Shown here piece by piece: positions 30,450 through 40,492 of a stretch of 64,000 nucleotides of DNA. The notes under the pieces were generated by a model. It saw nothing but the letters and a program-made list of their open reading frames with translations. It was not told the origin of the DNA and made no database searches. This stretch comes from Candidatus Dormiibacterota bacterium (GTDB lineage: Bacteria; Chloroflexota; Dormibacteria; Aeolococcales; Aeolococcaceae), in the NCBI GenBank assembly GCA_963713485.1, contig CAVQLW010000010.1:17376-81375 (forward strand), given 5' to 3'. The number at the start of each line of letters is the position of its first letter. Position 1 is the first letter of the stretch. Both the position numbers and the translations under genes were made by a program.

Positions 30450-33400
30450 TCACGGTCCCGTTGAGACGCGCTCCGTCACCGGTGGGTACGGACGAAGGGC
30501 GAGCTCAGCGCGATGCAGCCATGGCTCGGCCCCCAGCTCCGTGAACGCGCTCAGTGCCTGCTCGAGCTGGACGCGCGCCTCGTCGTCGCGGCCGCGTTCC
30601 GTCAGCCATTCCCAGAGCTCCACTCGAGCCATCGCGAGCCAGAACGGCCGGCCGAGACCCTCGAAGGCATCGATCGCCTTGCGAAGCAGCTGCAGGGGCT
30701 CCTCGTCTCCGCGCCGATCGTGCATCCGAGCTCTCCATCGAAGGATGTGGGCGTCGACGGTCGGCTGGCTGCCCGCTGAGAAGTGCCCGCTTGCCTTCTC
30801 GATCAGGGCCGCGACATCGGCCTCCCGCCCGAGCGCGAAGAGGGCGTCCACCGCCTCGCAGAGCGCGCGGCGGGCCATGGTCGGGTACGAGGGCATGGAG
30901 ATCGCGAGCGATCTCTCGGCCGCTTCGAGGGCATCGCCGGGCCTGCGCTCAGCATTTGCGAGACCTGCGCGCGCCGCCTCGAGCAGCGCGCGGAGATCGG
31001 CAGGCACCGTGCCGGCCGGGCCGGAACCTTCGAACAGCGCGTCGGCGTCCGCGACAAGCCTGCGTGCGAGGTCCAGCTGACCCCGCCAGAGGAACAACCA
31101 GGTGGCACTGACCGCGTAACCGACCGTCGGGACATGGCCCGCAAGATCCGCCGCGTCGTGGTCGAAGTAGTACGTGACGATCTCCTCGCAGCGATCCCAG
31201 CGCCCGAGATCGAGGAGGGACGGCGTCCCTGCCAGGTCCGCGAACGCGGCGCTGACGCGGTCACCGACCCTGCGCGCCGAAATCGCCGCCTGCTCGAAAT
31301 GCTGCACCGCAGGCTCGAGGCGGTCAGCCTCCTGGAGCGTGTCGGCCAGGTTGCTCTCGATGGTGCCGACGCGGCTCAACCCGATGGCACGAGCCAGCTT
31401 CAGGGCGCCCTCGTCGAGGACCAGCCCCTCCTCACGCCTGCCGCGAGCAGCGAGGATCCACGACTTCGTGTCGAGGCCGGTGGTGACGATGTCGAGGAGC
31501 TTCGATGTCTCAGCGATCTGGAGCGCGAGCTCGACGTGCTCGAGCGCGTGATCCATGTCCTCATGGAAGTACTCGGCTGCGGCGAGCCGAACAGCGGTCT
31601 CCGCCAGGGCAGCGTTCCGCTCGGGGTCCGCGTCGTCCGCGGCCTTGAGCATCATGAGGGCGGCTTCACCGCGCTCGATGGCGACTTCCGTCTTTCCCGC
31701 GGACATCTCGACGACCGAGATTCCGCTGAGCGCTCTCGCGGCGGCCGCGGTGTCCCCCAGGGACGTGTGGAGCGCGTGTGCGGTGGTGTAGTGCGCCTTT
31801 GCCTGCTGATCGCGGCCCTGCATCCTCGCCACCTGTCCTGCCTTCGCGGAAAGCTCGGCGCGAGTCCGGTCATGCTCGGCAAGCTCCAACGAGCGCTCGT
31901 AATAACGCTGCGCGGAGTCGAGCGCTCCCAGCGAGCTCGCGTGATCGCCGGCGCGGACGAGCGCACGCAGCGCGCGTTCGCGAATCGCGGGGGCGTCCGT
32001 TGCGGTCGGCTCGGCCTCGTGCGCCGCGACAAGATGGACCGCGATCACCTCAGCGACGCCTTCCTCGCCGCCCCACGACGACTCGAGGTAGTCCGCCGCG
32101 GCGAGGTGCCGCGACCGCCGATCCTTCCGCGCGAGCGTGCCGTGAGCAACGCCGCGCACCAGGTCCTGCACGAAGACGTACTGGCCGCGCTCCGGCGAGC
32201 GCGGGTCCGACTGTATCGACAGCAGGTCCTTCTCGACCAGGGTCGAAAGCGCCGACTGCACAACGCTGAGTGGCTGTCCGGATACCGACGCGAGCGCCTC
32301 GCGCGTGAACGACTTGCCGAGGACGGCCGCGTCCTGGAGCAGGTGCCGCTCGGTGGGCTGGAGGCCGTCGAGCCGTGCGGCGATCATTGCGTGCAGGCTC
32401 TCGGGCACTTCGAGCGAGTCGAGCGATCCGATGGCGCGGTAGGCGCCGCCCTCCTCAACGACCAGTCCGCGGTCGAGGAGCATCCGCACCGTCTCCACCG
32501 CATAGAGGGGGATCCCAGCGGCGCGCTCGAGGATGCGCGCCCGAAGCTCCTCGGAGAGGCCGGGCACCATGCCGTTGAGGAGTGATGCCATCGCGTCGCT
32601 CGTGAGCGGTTCGAGGTAGAGCGACGTGAGTCCGCGTTTGCCGATACCCCAGCCCGGCCGGCGCTCGGCGACCTCGGGCCTCGCGAGCGTCAGCACGAGG
32701 ATCGGGCTGTTGCGCGACCACTCGAGGAGGTACTCGATGAAGTCGAGCAGGCCGCTGTCGGCCCACTGCAGGTCCTCGAAGACCAGCACGGTGAGCTGGT
32801 CCGCCGCCAGCTTCTCGAAGAACATCCGCCACGCTGCGAAGAGGTCACGCGGCTCGCTGGACAGCTCCCGGTCGAGGCCGAGCAGCTGTGCGAGACGAGG
32901 CTCCACCCAGCGGCGTTCCTCATCGTCAGAGATGAACTGCTGGACGGTTCGGCGAAGCTTCTCGCGTGCAGCCTCCTGCGGCTCGCTCTCGACCATCCCC
33001 GCGCGGGTGCGGACCATCTCCGCCAGGGCCCAATACGCGATGCCCTCGCCGTAGGCGAGGCACCGGCCTCGATGCCAGTACACCGGCTGCGTGAGGCCGT
33101 CGATGTATTTCTCGAACTCCCACGAGAGCCGTGACTTGCCGACACCCGCCACGCCGACCACCGACAGCAGGCGCGACTTCCCATCCTCAGCGGTGGCGTG
33201 GAGCATCTCCTTGAGGAGGCGAAGCTCGCGGTCACGTCCCACGAAGGGGGGTTCGATGCCGGTGGGCCGCATCGACCCGCCGCGGCCCGCGACCACGCGG
33301 TTCGCGCGCCACAGGCGGAGCGGCTCCCCCTTGCCCTTCAGCTCGTGCGTCCCGGTGTCGTCGTAGACGATCGCCGCCTCGGTGGCCTGGCGCGTCGTCT

Positions 33401-34062
33401 CGCCGACCAGCACGGTGCCGGGTGACGCAGCGGATTGAACACGCGAAGCCGTGTTGACAAGGTCGCCCGCGACCATCGCCTGACCGGAGGCATCGAGATT
33501 CACAGCGGCTTCGCCGGTGAGCACGCCGACGCGTGCTTGCAGCCCCGGTGCGCCGACCGCGTCGCCGAACGCGGTCACCGCATCGATGAGGTCGAGGCCC
33601 GGCCCGGACCGCGCGCTCGGCGTCGTCCTCCTGGATCGTCGGGATCCCCCACACCGCCATCACGGCGTCGCCGATGAACTTTTCGACGGTCCCGCCGTAC
33701 CTCGTGATGATCGTGCTCGCCGAGTCGAAGTACCGGGTGAGCAGTTCCCGGACGTCTTCGGCATCGCGCTGTTGCGAGAGGTTTGTGAACCCGACGAGGT
33801 CCGAGAAGAGCACGGTGACGTGCCGGCGCTCGGCGGCCGGCGCCCGTACGGCGAGCGCCTCCGGCGCGGCCACGGAGGTTTCAACGCCACGCGGTGCTGT
33901 ACCCGCGGCGGCGTCAAGGGGTGATCCGCAGCCCCCGCAGAAATGCTCGTCGGCGTCGTTCGGCGTGCCGCACTGTGCGCAGAGGCGCTCGAGGGAAGCC
34001 CCGCAACGCCCGCAGAACCGCCGGCCGGCTCTGTTCTCGGCCCCGCACGCTGCGCATCTCAC
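30450..34062 (-). CDS. Double zinc ribbon-class III cyclase-STAND ATPase-TPR-like protein 2 (apparent frameshift ~33600)
   Basis: CAAC..CGRC..CAQC..CGGC; LFSDLVGF, EKFIGD, GDLVNTASR; GVAGVGKS; VFEDLQWAD; GTG start overlaps the MBL stop. Confidence 0.9.
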
Positions 34063-34946
34063 GTGCGGAGGGTACTTTGCTGCGGCTCGAGCCGTGATCC
34101 GCCTGCGCTGCCCACGTCGAGCACCTCCCACTCGATCGCGGCGGTGACGGGGACCGGCGCGTCGGCCCAGCGCGCGACGATGCCGTCGAGCTGCTCGTCC
34201 GATCGCCACGGATCGTGGTGGAAGAGCACGAGCCCCCTCGCTCCGGCGTGCGCGGCGAGGCCGACGGCGTAGTCGATGCTCGAATGCCCGAAGTGCGCCC
34301 TCGCGGGGAATTCCTCGCTCGTGTACTGCGAATCGTGGAGGAGCAGGTCGACACCCTGCGTCAGCCGCACCGCCGTGTCATGGTATGGACCGAAGCCGTC
34401 CGGCCCGGGACCGAGCGCGATCGGCGCGTGGTCCGGCATGTACGCGATCGCGGAGTGTCCGTCCGAAACCCGGTATCCGAACGTGCGCCCACCCTTGTGC
34501 GGGATCTCGAGCGCCAGGACGTCGCAGCCCTCGATGTGGTGCTCACCGGCGCTGAGATGCTCGAACTGCCATGAGCCGCGCATCTCGCGCGGGCGGATCG
34601 GAAAGTGCGGTGGCGACATCGCACGGGCGAGGATCTCCTCGGCGTCGCCGCCCGGCTGCTCCGGGATGTAGAGCGTCGTCTGCGCCTCAGGATTGTCGAC
34701 GGACGAGCAGAACGGCAGGCCGTGCGTGTGGTCCCAGTGGAGGTGGGTGAGGAGGATGCTGCCGGTGAACGGCCGGCCCTCCAACGCCGCGGGAAGCCTG
34801 CGCAGGCCAGTGCCCGCGTCGAGGACGAGGCGGCACTCGCCGTCGTCCGCGAGGACCGCCACGCACGATGTCTGACCGCCATAGCGGGCGTAATCCACGC
34901 CCGGCGCGGGCGTGGACCCCCTCGTCCCGCAGAGCCGCAGCCGCAT
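34059..34946 (-). CDS. MBL-fold metallohydrolase (RNase Z/PhnP-like, putative cyclic-nucleotide phosphodiesterase)
   Basis: GTRGSTP, LDAGTG, THLHWDH, PH..RTFGYRV, PDH, HDSQY, GHS, LFHHDP. Confidence 0.88.
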   Translation of the reverse strand: MRLRLCGTRGSTPAPGVDYARYGGQTSCVAVLADDGECRLVLDAGTGLRRLPAALEGRPFTGSILLTHLHWDHTHGLPFCSSVDNPEAQTTLYIPEQPGGDAEEILARAMSPPHFPIRPREMRGSWQFEHLSAGEHHIEGCDVLALEIPHKGGRTFGYRVSDGHSAIAYMPDHAPIALGPGPDGFGPYHDTAVRLTQGVDLLLHDSQYTSEEFPARAHFGHSSIDYAVGLAAHAGARGLVLFHHDPWRSDEQLDGIVARWADAPVPVTAAIEWEVLDVGSAGGSRLEPQQSTLRT

Positions 34947-35027
34947 GCCCCATAGGGTATCGGCGCCGAGTACGCTTCCGCGCGTGAATCGCCGCCCCTG
35001 GGTTTCCCGCGCACGCCGCGTCGTCAC

Positions 35028-36803
35028 ATGAGCCCGGAGGTCGCCGAACAGCCGAAGCCCCCGGTCAGGCGCCGGCTCATCGCGCGCCTGACGGGCCGGA
35101 GCCCCGACGACACGACGCCGCGGGTCGGTTACCGCACGCTGTTCCGCAACCGTGACTACCGCCTGCTGTTCAGCGGGCTCACCATCTCCATGAGCGGTTC
35201 CTGGGCGTACAACGTCGCGCTCGTCGTCTTCGTCTTCAACGCAACGCACTCCCCGGCGTGGGTCGCCGCGGCGTCGATGACGCGCTTTCTCACCGCGCTC
35301 GTGACCAGTCCCATCGGTGGCCTGGTCGCCGACCGGTTGGAGCGGGTGCGACTGATGGTGACGCTCGATTCGCTGGCGCTCGTGTTCCAGACGGGCCTTG
35401 CAATCGTCGCGGCGCTGAACGGTCCGGTGGTGCTCGGCATCGTGCTCGCTGCGATGACGTCAGTCACGACGTCGTCATACGATCCCGCGGCGCGCGCAAC
35501 GACGCCGATCATCGTGGGCGAGGAGCACCTCGCAGCGGCCAACAGCGCACAGTCGGTCGTCGAGAATCTGTCGATCATCGTCGGTCCGGCGATCGCAGGT
35601 CTGCTGCTGCTGTTCAGCCCGCCGGCGGTGGTGTTCGGCGTCAATGCGGCGACGTTCGGATTCTCTGCGCTGGTGGTGAGCCGGATGCGCACCCGCAGCC
35701 ATCCGACGGACATCTCCGAGGGCGGCTCCGCGGGACCGCTCAAGCAGATGGGGGCGGGCATCCGCGCATTCGTGTCGTCGCCGAGCGTCACGCTGCTTGC
35801 AGGTTTCAGCATCCTCGCGAGCTTCGTGTACGGGACTGACACGGTGCTCTTCGTGGTGATCAGCAAGAACCAGCTGGGCACCGGGAGCAGCGGATACGGC
35901 TACCTGCTCGCCGCGCTCGGCGTCGGCGGGATCCTGATCGCAGGATTCATGAATCGCGTCGCCGCCGCCGGCCGCCTCGGTCGGATCATCGTCATCGGGA
36001 TGGCGGTGTACTGCCTGCCGACGTCCCTGCTGACGATCGTGCATTCGCCGTGGATCGCGTTCCTGCTCGAGGTGGTCCGTGGCGCCGGGACCATCGTCGT
36101 CGACGTGCTCGCCATCACCGCGTTGCAGCGCCTCGTGAAACCCGATGTCGTGGCGCGAGTCTTCGGCGTCTTCTTCGCGCTCGTGCTCGCGGCGATCTCG
36201 CTCGGCGCGCTGCTCATGCCCATCCTGCTCGGGAGTGTCGGGCTCAACACCACACTCCTCATCATGGGATTCGCCATCCCCGCGCTCGCCGTCGCGGCGT
36301 ACCCGTGGATTCGCGTGCTCGACACGAGGGCGTTGCGCGAGCTGTCCGCGATCGAGCCACGCATCACCGTGCTGCAGAGCCTCGACATCTTCGCGGGCTC
36401 AACCCGAGCGGCGTTGGAGCGCATTGCGCGCGCGGCGGTCGAGGAGAAGGTTGACGCCGGCATCGTGCTCATTCGCGAGGGCGCCGACGCGGACGACTTC
36501 TTCGTCCTCACCGACGGCCAGGTCGAGATCCTGGCGGCCGGCGAAGCGGGCGTCGAGAAGTCGCTCGGCGTGCTCGGCCCGCCCAACTACTTCGGCGAGA
36601 TCGGCTTGCTCGAGCATCGCGCGCGCACCGCGACGGTCAAGACCGTCGCGCCCTGCGCGATCTATCGCATCAACGGAGAAGACTTCGTCAACGCGATGAC
36701 GGTCGCCAACCTGTCGCCGACCGCGCTCGGGAGAACGCAGGCTCGGCTTGCGCGCACACATCCCTCGGCATCGCTCACCTTCGGACAGCCGAGCGGGGAC
36801 TGA
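35028..36803 (+). CDS. MFS transporter fused to a C-terminal cyclic nucleotide-binding domain
   Basis: 12-TM DHA3-like MFS (FRNRDYRLL, GLVADRLER), then IREGADADDFFVLTDGQVEI...FGEIGLL...RTATV phosphate-binding cassette. Confidence 0.9.
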   Translation: MSPEVAEQPKPPVRRRLIARLTGRSPDDTTPRVGYRTLFRNRDYRLLFSGLTISMSGSWAYNVALVVFVFNATHSPAWVAAASMTRFLTALVTSPIGGLVADRLERVRLMVTLDSLALVFQTGLAIVAALNGPVVLGIVLAAMTSVTTSSYDPAARATTPIIVGEEHLAAANSAQSVVENLSIIVGPAIAGLLLLFSPPAVVFGVNAATFGFSALVVSRMRTRSHPTDISEGGSAGPLKQMGAGIRAFVSSPSVTLLAGFSILASFVYGTDTVLFVVISKNQLGTGSSGYGYLLAALGVGGILIAGFMNRVAAAGRLGRIIVIGMAVYCLPTSLLTIVHSPWIAFLLEVVRGAGTIVVDVLAITALQRLVKPDVVARVFGVFFALVLAAISLGALLMPILLGSVGLNTTLLIMGFAIPALAVAAYPWIRVLDTRALRELSAIEPRITVLQSLDIFAGSTRAALERIARAAVEEKVDAGIVLIREGADADDFFVLTDGQVEILAAGEAGVEKSLGVLGPPNYFGEIGLLEHRARTATVKTVAPCAIYRINGEDFVNAMTVANLSPTALGRTQARLARTHPSASLTFGQPSGD

Positions 36804-39800
36804 TCAGGAAGCGGTCACCAATCCCGGTGCCGCCTGCTCCACCCGGTCCAGCCACGGGCTCGCCTTGAGGCGTTCGAAGACCAGCGCCGCCTCGGTGAGC
36901 ATCGGTTGCGCAGCGGCCTGCCTTCCCTTTCCGATCAGCCACTCCGCGTGCTCGACCTGCGTCACGGCGTGCCAGAAGGGCATGCCGATCTGAGCGAAGG
37001 TGTCCTCAGCCTCGATGAAGGATAGCTCGACGGCGGCGGTATCGCCTCTGATCTCGGCGAGCCGGGCACGGAATCGCTGCTGCTGGGCGTGGAGATACCG
37101 TGGCCGCTCGCCCGCTCCGAGGCGGTCGACGAACGCACACAGCTCTTCGACCTTCGCAAGGTTGTTCAGTGCGAATGCGGATTCGCACGCCAACCGAAAG
37201 CCGGCCTTGACGTTCTGATGGCTCGCACCGCCGAGCGGTGCGGCGAGGGCGATCGTCGCCTCGGCATCTGCCAGCGCCTCACCAAACCTGCCCTGAGCGT
37301 GGCGCAGGCACGCGCAACTCGCGAGGAAGCATGAACTCGCCTGCCAGTCATCCGACGAAGCGAGTGGCGCCGTCCATGCCACCAGCCGCTCGAGTTCCTC
37401 GACATGACCGCGCTCGACCGCCATCTCACCGGCGGCGAGGAGCGACAGGACATCACCAGGCGCGCTGCGCACCTCCTCCTCGCCGATCATCGCTGCGAAC
37501 TCCGCGGCCTCATCCCATTCGCCAACTCTCGAGAGGTTGAACGCAAGCTCACCGATGGTGCTCCGCTCGTACGAACGGTCCCCGATCTTCCTGGTGAGTG
37601 CGAGCGCGCTGCGATAGTGATCGAGCGCCTCGAAGTAGCGGTCGCGGTGACACAGGAGATCCGCGAGGTTGAAATGGGCGCGGACCGTGGCTGTCGGGAG
37701 GTCGTTGTCAACGCCAAGTTCCAACGCGTGCGCATAGAGGGCCATCGCCTCCTCGGTGTGCCGGCGTTGCATCGCGAGCATGGCCTTGACGTTCAGTGCC
37801 TGTGAGACGATCTCCGGCAAGCCAAGTCTCTCGGCGATATCCAGTCCGACCTCGAGGCGCTTCCCGGCGGTTTCGGTCTCGCCTTTGAAATGCAGCAATG
37901 ACCCGAGGCGCACGGCGAGCACGGCGAGATCCTCGTCCGGGGTATCGTTGGCGAGCACCGTGAACGCACCCTCCATTCGCTGGATGGAGCGGTCGAGGTG
38001 ACCGCTCACTGACTCGACCATTCCGAGTCGGGACAGGGCGCGTGCGGCAGGATGCGGCAGGTGCTCGCTCTCGTACAGGGTGATCGCCCGCTCGAGGTGC
38101 GCCGTCGCGGCGGCGTTGCGGCCGGTCCGCACCGCCATCTGCCCGGCGCGCTCGTGCATCTCGGCCTGCCGCGCCGAGTCGGGTACCAGCCGTGACGCCT
38201 GCTCGAAGTAGCGTTCCGCTTCCAGGTTGGCAGCGAGTGACGCCGCGTGCTCGCCGGCCTGGAAAAGCACCTCCGCCGCTCGATCCTTGACCTGATCCGC
38301 ATCCGGATCCTGTGGCGCGAGGTTGTACGCCTCCAGGTAGTGCGCTGCGATCACCTCGACGACGTCGCCCTCTTCGCCGCCCCACGATTCCTCGTACCAC
38401 GCTGCCACGGCAAGGTGCTTCTCCTTGCGATCCCGCTTCGACAGCGTCTCGTAGGCAACTCGCTTCACGAGGTCCTGCAGAAACCCGTACTGGCCTCGCT
38501 CGGGTGAGCGGGGATCAGCCTGTACCGAGAGCAGCTCCTTGCGCACCAGCTCCGCGAGCATCGGCTGCAGTTCCGACGCCTGGACACCGCTCACCGCCGC
38601 CAGTGAGGCAACCGTGAACGTCTTGCCGAGGACGGCCGCGTCCTGGAGCACATGGCGTGCCTCGGGCCGCAACCCGTCGAGCCGCGCCGCGATCAGCCCG
38701 TGCAGGCTCTGCGGGACCTCGAGGTCCTCGACAGCGCCGGTGAGCCGGTACACACTCCCAGCACGCTCGAGCAGTGAGCGATCGAGCAGCATCCGCACGG
38801 TCTCCACGGCGTAGAGCGGTACGCCCTCGGAGCGCTGCAGGATCTGCTCCCGAAGCTCGTCGGGGAGCCCTGGAACCAGCCCGTCGAGCAGCTGCTCCAT
38901 GGCGGTCGCCGCGAGTGGCTCGAGAAAGGCGGAGGTGAAGTTGCGCTTGCCCGCGCCCCACGTTGGATGGCGATCGACCAGCTCAGGCCTCGCCGCCGTG
39001 ACCACGTACAGCGCGTGGTTGCGTGACCACTCGAGGAGGTACTCGACGAACTCCAGCAGCGATGTGTCGGCCCACTGCATGTCCTCGAACACGAGCACGG
39101 TCGGATGCCGGTCGGCGAGCCGCTCGAAGAACAGGCGCCAGGCGCTGAAGAGGTCCTCGCGTTCCTGGGTTGCGCGCTCCTCGAGCGCGAGGAGTTGGGC
39201 GAGGCGGGGTTCCACCCAGCGGCGCTCGTCGGCGTCCGGGACGAACTCGCTCAGGCAGGCCTGCAGCTTGACGAGCGCCGAAGCGGAGTCCTCGGCCTCG
39301 GTGATCCCGGCGCGCATCCGGACCATCTCGGCGAGAGCCCAGTACGTCACGCCTTCGCCGTAGGCGAGGCACCTGCCGCGGTGCGTGTACACGAGCTCGG
39401 CAATCCCGTCGATGTACTTGTGGAACTCCCAGCAGAGCCGCGACTTGCCGATCCCGGCGATGCCCACGACCGACACGAGGTGCGCCTTCCGCTCTTGGGC
39501 GCTGGCATGGAAGAGATCCTTGATGAGGCGCAGCTCCCGGTCCCGACCGACGAATGGAGCCTCGAGCCCTTCCGACTTCTGCCCGCCACCGACCATGGCG
39601 ACCACGCGCAGCGCTCGCCAGAGCCGTACGGGCTCCGCCTTACCTTTGAGTGCATGCTCGCCCACGTCCGCATAGACGACCGCCGCATCGGTGGCGCTCC
39701 GGGTGGCCTCGCCCACGAGCACTGCGCCGGGCGGCGCCTCGGCCTGGATCCGCGAGGCGGTGTTGACGAGGTCACCTGCCACCATCCCTTGCGCGTCGGC

Positions 39801-40358
39801 GCCGAAGGTGACCGCGGCGGCCCCGCTGAGCACGCCGGCACGGGCCTGCAGCACCGGTTCGCCGATCTCCGCGCCCAGGAGGGAGACCGCCTCGATCAGC
39901 TCCAGGGCCGCGCGCACCGCCCTTTCGGCGTCGTCCTCATGGGCTGAGGGCGCGCCCCAAACAGCCATCACCGCGTCTCCGATGAACTTCTCCACCACAC
40001 CGCCATACCGGCTCACCACCGCACGGCAGGTGTCGAAGTACCTCGTCAGGAGCTCGCGCACCTCCTCGGCATCGCGCTTCTCGGAGAGCGTGGTGAAGCC
40101 GACGAGGTCCGCGAACAGGACGGACACGAGCCGCCGCTCAGCCGTGGTGGCGCTGTCAGGTACCGGTGCGGGCACGGCCGGTCGCTGCGTCGCGGGCGCC
40201 GAGCCGCCGGACAATGGCGCACCGCACTCGTCGCAGAACTTCGCCTCCGGGCGGACCGGGGTCGAGCACGAGGGGCACGTGCGCGCGAGCCCCGTCCCGC
40301 ATTCCGAGCAGAATTTGCTGCCAGGACGGTTCTCCGCGCCACAGTTGGAACAGCGCAT
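36804..40358 (-). CDS. Double zinc ribbon-class III cyclase-STAND ATPase-TPR-like protein 3 (intact)
   Basis: MRCSNC..CSEC..CPSC..CDEC; LFADLVGF, EKFIGD, GDLVNTASR; GIAGIGKS; VFEDMQWAD; TPR-like C-terminus. Confidence 0.93.
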   Translation of the reverse strand: MRCSNCGAENRPGSKFCSECGTGLARTCPSCSTPVRPEAKFCDECGAPLSGGSAPATQRPAVPAPVPDSATTAERRLVSVLFADLVGFTTLSEKRDAEEVRELLTRYFDTCRAVVSRYGGVVEKFIGDAVMAVWGAPSAHEDDAERAVRAALELIEAVSLLGAEIGEPVLQARAGVLSGAAAVTFGADAQGMVAGDLVNTASRIQAEAPPGAVLVGEATRSATDAAVVYADVGEHALKGKAEPVRLWRALRVVAMVGGGQKSEGLEAPFVGRDRELRLIKDLFHASAQERKAHLVSVVGIAGIGKSRLCWEFHKYIDGIAELVYTHRGRCLAYGEGVTYWALAEMVRMRAGITEAEDSASALVKLQACLSEFVPDADERRWVEPRLAQLLALEERATQEREDLFSAWRLFFERLADRHPTVLVFEDMQWADTSLLEFVEYLLEWSRNHALYVVTAARPELVDRHPTWGAGKRNFTSAFLEPLAATAMEQLLDGLVPGLPDELREQILQRSEGVPLYAVETVRMLLDRSLLERAGSVYRLTGAVEDLEVPQSLHGLIAARLDGLRPEARHVLQDAAVLGKTFTVASLAAVSGVQASELQPMLAELVRKELLSVQADPRSPERGQYGFLQDLVKRVAYETLSKRDRKEKHLAVAAWYEESWGGEEGDVVEVIAAHYLEAYNLAPQDPDADQVKDRAAEVLFQAGEHAASLAANLEAERYFEQASRLVPDSARQAEMHERAGQMAVRTGRNAAATAHLERAITLYESEHLPHPAARALSRLGMVESVSGHLDRSIQRMEGAFTVLANDTPDEDLAVLAVRLGSLLHFKGETETAGKRLEVGLDIAERLGLPEIVSQALNVKAMLAMQRRHTEEAMALYAHALELGVDNDLPTATVRAHFNLADLLCHRDRYFEALDHYRSALALTRKIGDRSYERSTIGELAFNLSRVGEWDEAAEFAAMIGEEEVRSAPGDVLSLLAAGEMAVERGHVEELERLVAWTAPLASSDDWQASSCFLASCACLRHAQGRFGEALADAEATIALAAPLGGASHQNVKAGFRLACESAFALNNLAKVEELCAFVDRLGAGERPRYLHAQQQRFRARLAEIRGDTAAVELSFIEAEDTFAQIGMPFWHAVTQVEHAEWLIGKGRQAAAQPMLTEAALVFERLKASPWLDRVEQAAPGLVTAS

Positions 40359-40492
40359 GCAGGCTCCCAGATTGTTACTCGGTCGCCCAGGGTACCGGGC
40401 GAGGAGCGGCTGCGCCAACCCGCCGGCCTCACCGGGCGACGCTCCATCGGCCTCGATCGGACGGTGGCCGCGATGCCGCTCGGCGATGCTTC

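Noticed and set aside
26752-40358. Calling the cluster canonical Pycsar, CBASS or Avs
   Set aside because: No CD-NTase, TIR, nuclease or PycTM-type effector is present; any defence role is only inferred.
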